Origin: an uncultured Acidobacteriaceae bacterium
GTDB lineage: Bacteria; Acidobacteriota; Terriglobia; Terriglobales; Acidobacteriaceae
Length of the DNA: 64,000 bases
Assembly: GCA_963832035.1 (NCBI GenBank)
Contig: CAWHSK010000001.1
Span: 101,185-165,184, forward strand
Reading direction: 5' to 3'
Shown: one piece after another, positions 63,939-64,000 of the stretch
Layout: each line of letters begins with the position of its first letter
Position numbering within the stretch: the stretch's first letter is position 1
Position numbers and translations under genes: made by a program
The notes under the pieces: generated by a model
Databases searched by the model: none
What the model was told of the DNA's origin: nothing
The model's input: the letters and a program-made list of their open reading frames with translations, nothing else

Positions 63939-64000
63939 ATGCCTGCTTATTGCGAAGTCGCGTTGCCGGTGCCGCTCGATCGCACCTTTACCTACTTCCT
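63939..64000 (+). CDS. priA: Primosomal protein N' (start only, runs off the window)
   Basis: MPAYCEVALPVPLDRTFTY matches the typical PriA N-terminus. Confidence 0.75.
   Translation, partial: MPAYCEVALPVPLDRTFTYF

Overview
Chromosomal window from a GC-rich bacterium whose gene content points to Acidobacteriaceae (Terracidiphilus/Occallatibacter-like). This is inferred from two ADOP-type orphan permeases, a fused 2-oxoacid dehydrogenase E1, split metH and typical small-protein families. Housekeeping blocks: end of the dcw cluster (murC, ftsQ-ftsA-ftsZ, interrupted by a GH30 and a cyanophycinase-like gene), a ubiD-family gene, an orphan nuoI, split metH, msbA-like-yicC-gmk-rpoZ-coaBC-udg, ppgK and the start of priA. 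Accessory content: four glycoside hydrolases (GH30, GH16, GH97, GH5), an OlsB/OlsA-like acyltransferase pair, a double-transmitter hybrid kinase, an ECF sigma with a coupled membrane protein, three tandem paralogous secreted helical proteins, a sedolisin lacking its prodomain, and an island of small ORFs at 10.6-13.0 kb. The strongest lead is a SAM-I riboswitch controlling a threonine-synthase homologue plus a MoaD-like sulfur carrier ending in Gly-Gly, a few kb from metH. That points to a sulfur-carrier-dependent homocysteine route rather than threonine synthesis. Non-coding signals: a twin-hairpin element with C6/G6 loops upstream of a lone response regulator, three families of REP/MITE-like dispersed repeats (two MITE copies flank the lacI gene), and heptamer tandem repeats, one of them inside ubiD. 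Several single-base frameshifts cluster at 24.4-28.3 kb and are probably sequencing errors. No rRNA, tRNA, CRISPR array or transposase gene was seen. All calls come from reading the sequence and the ORF track; no searches were run.
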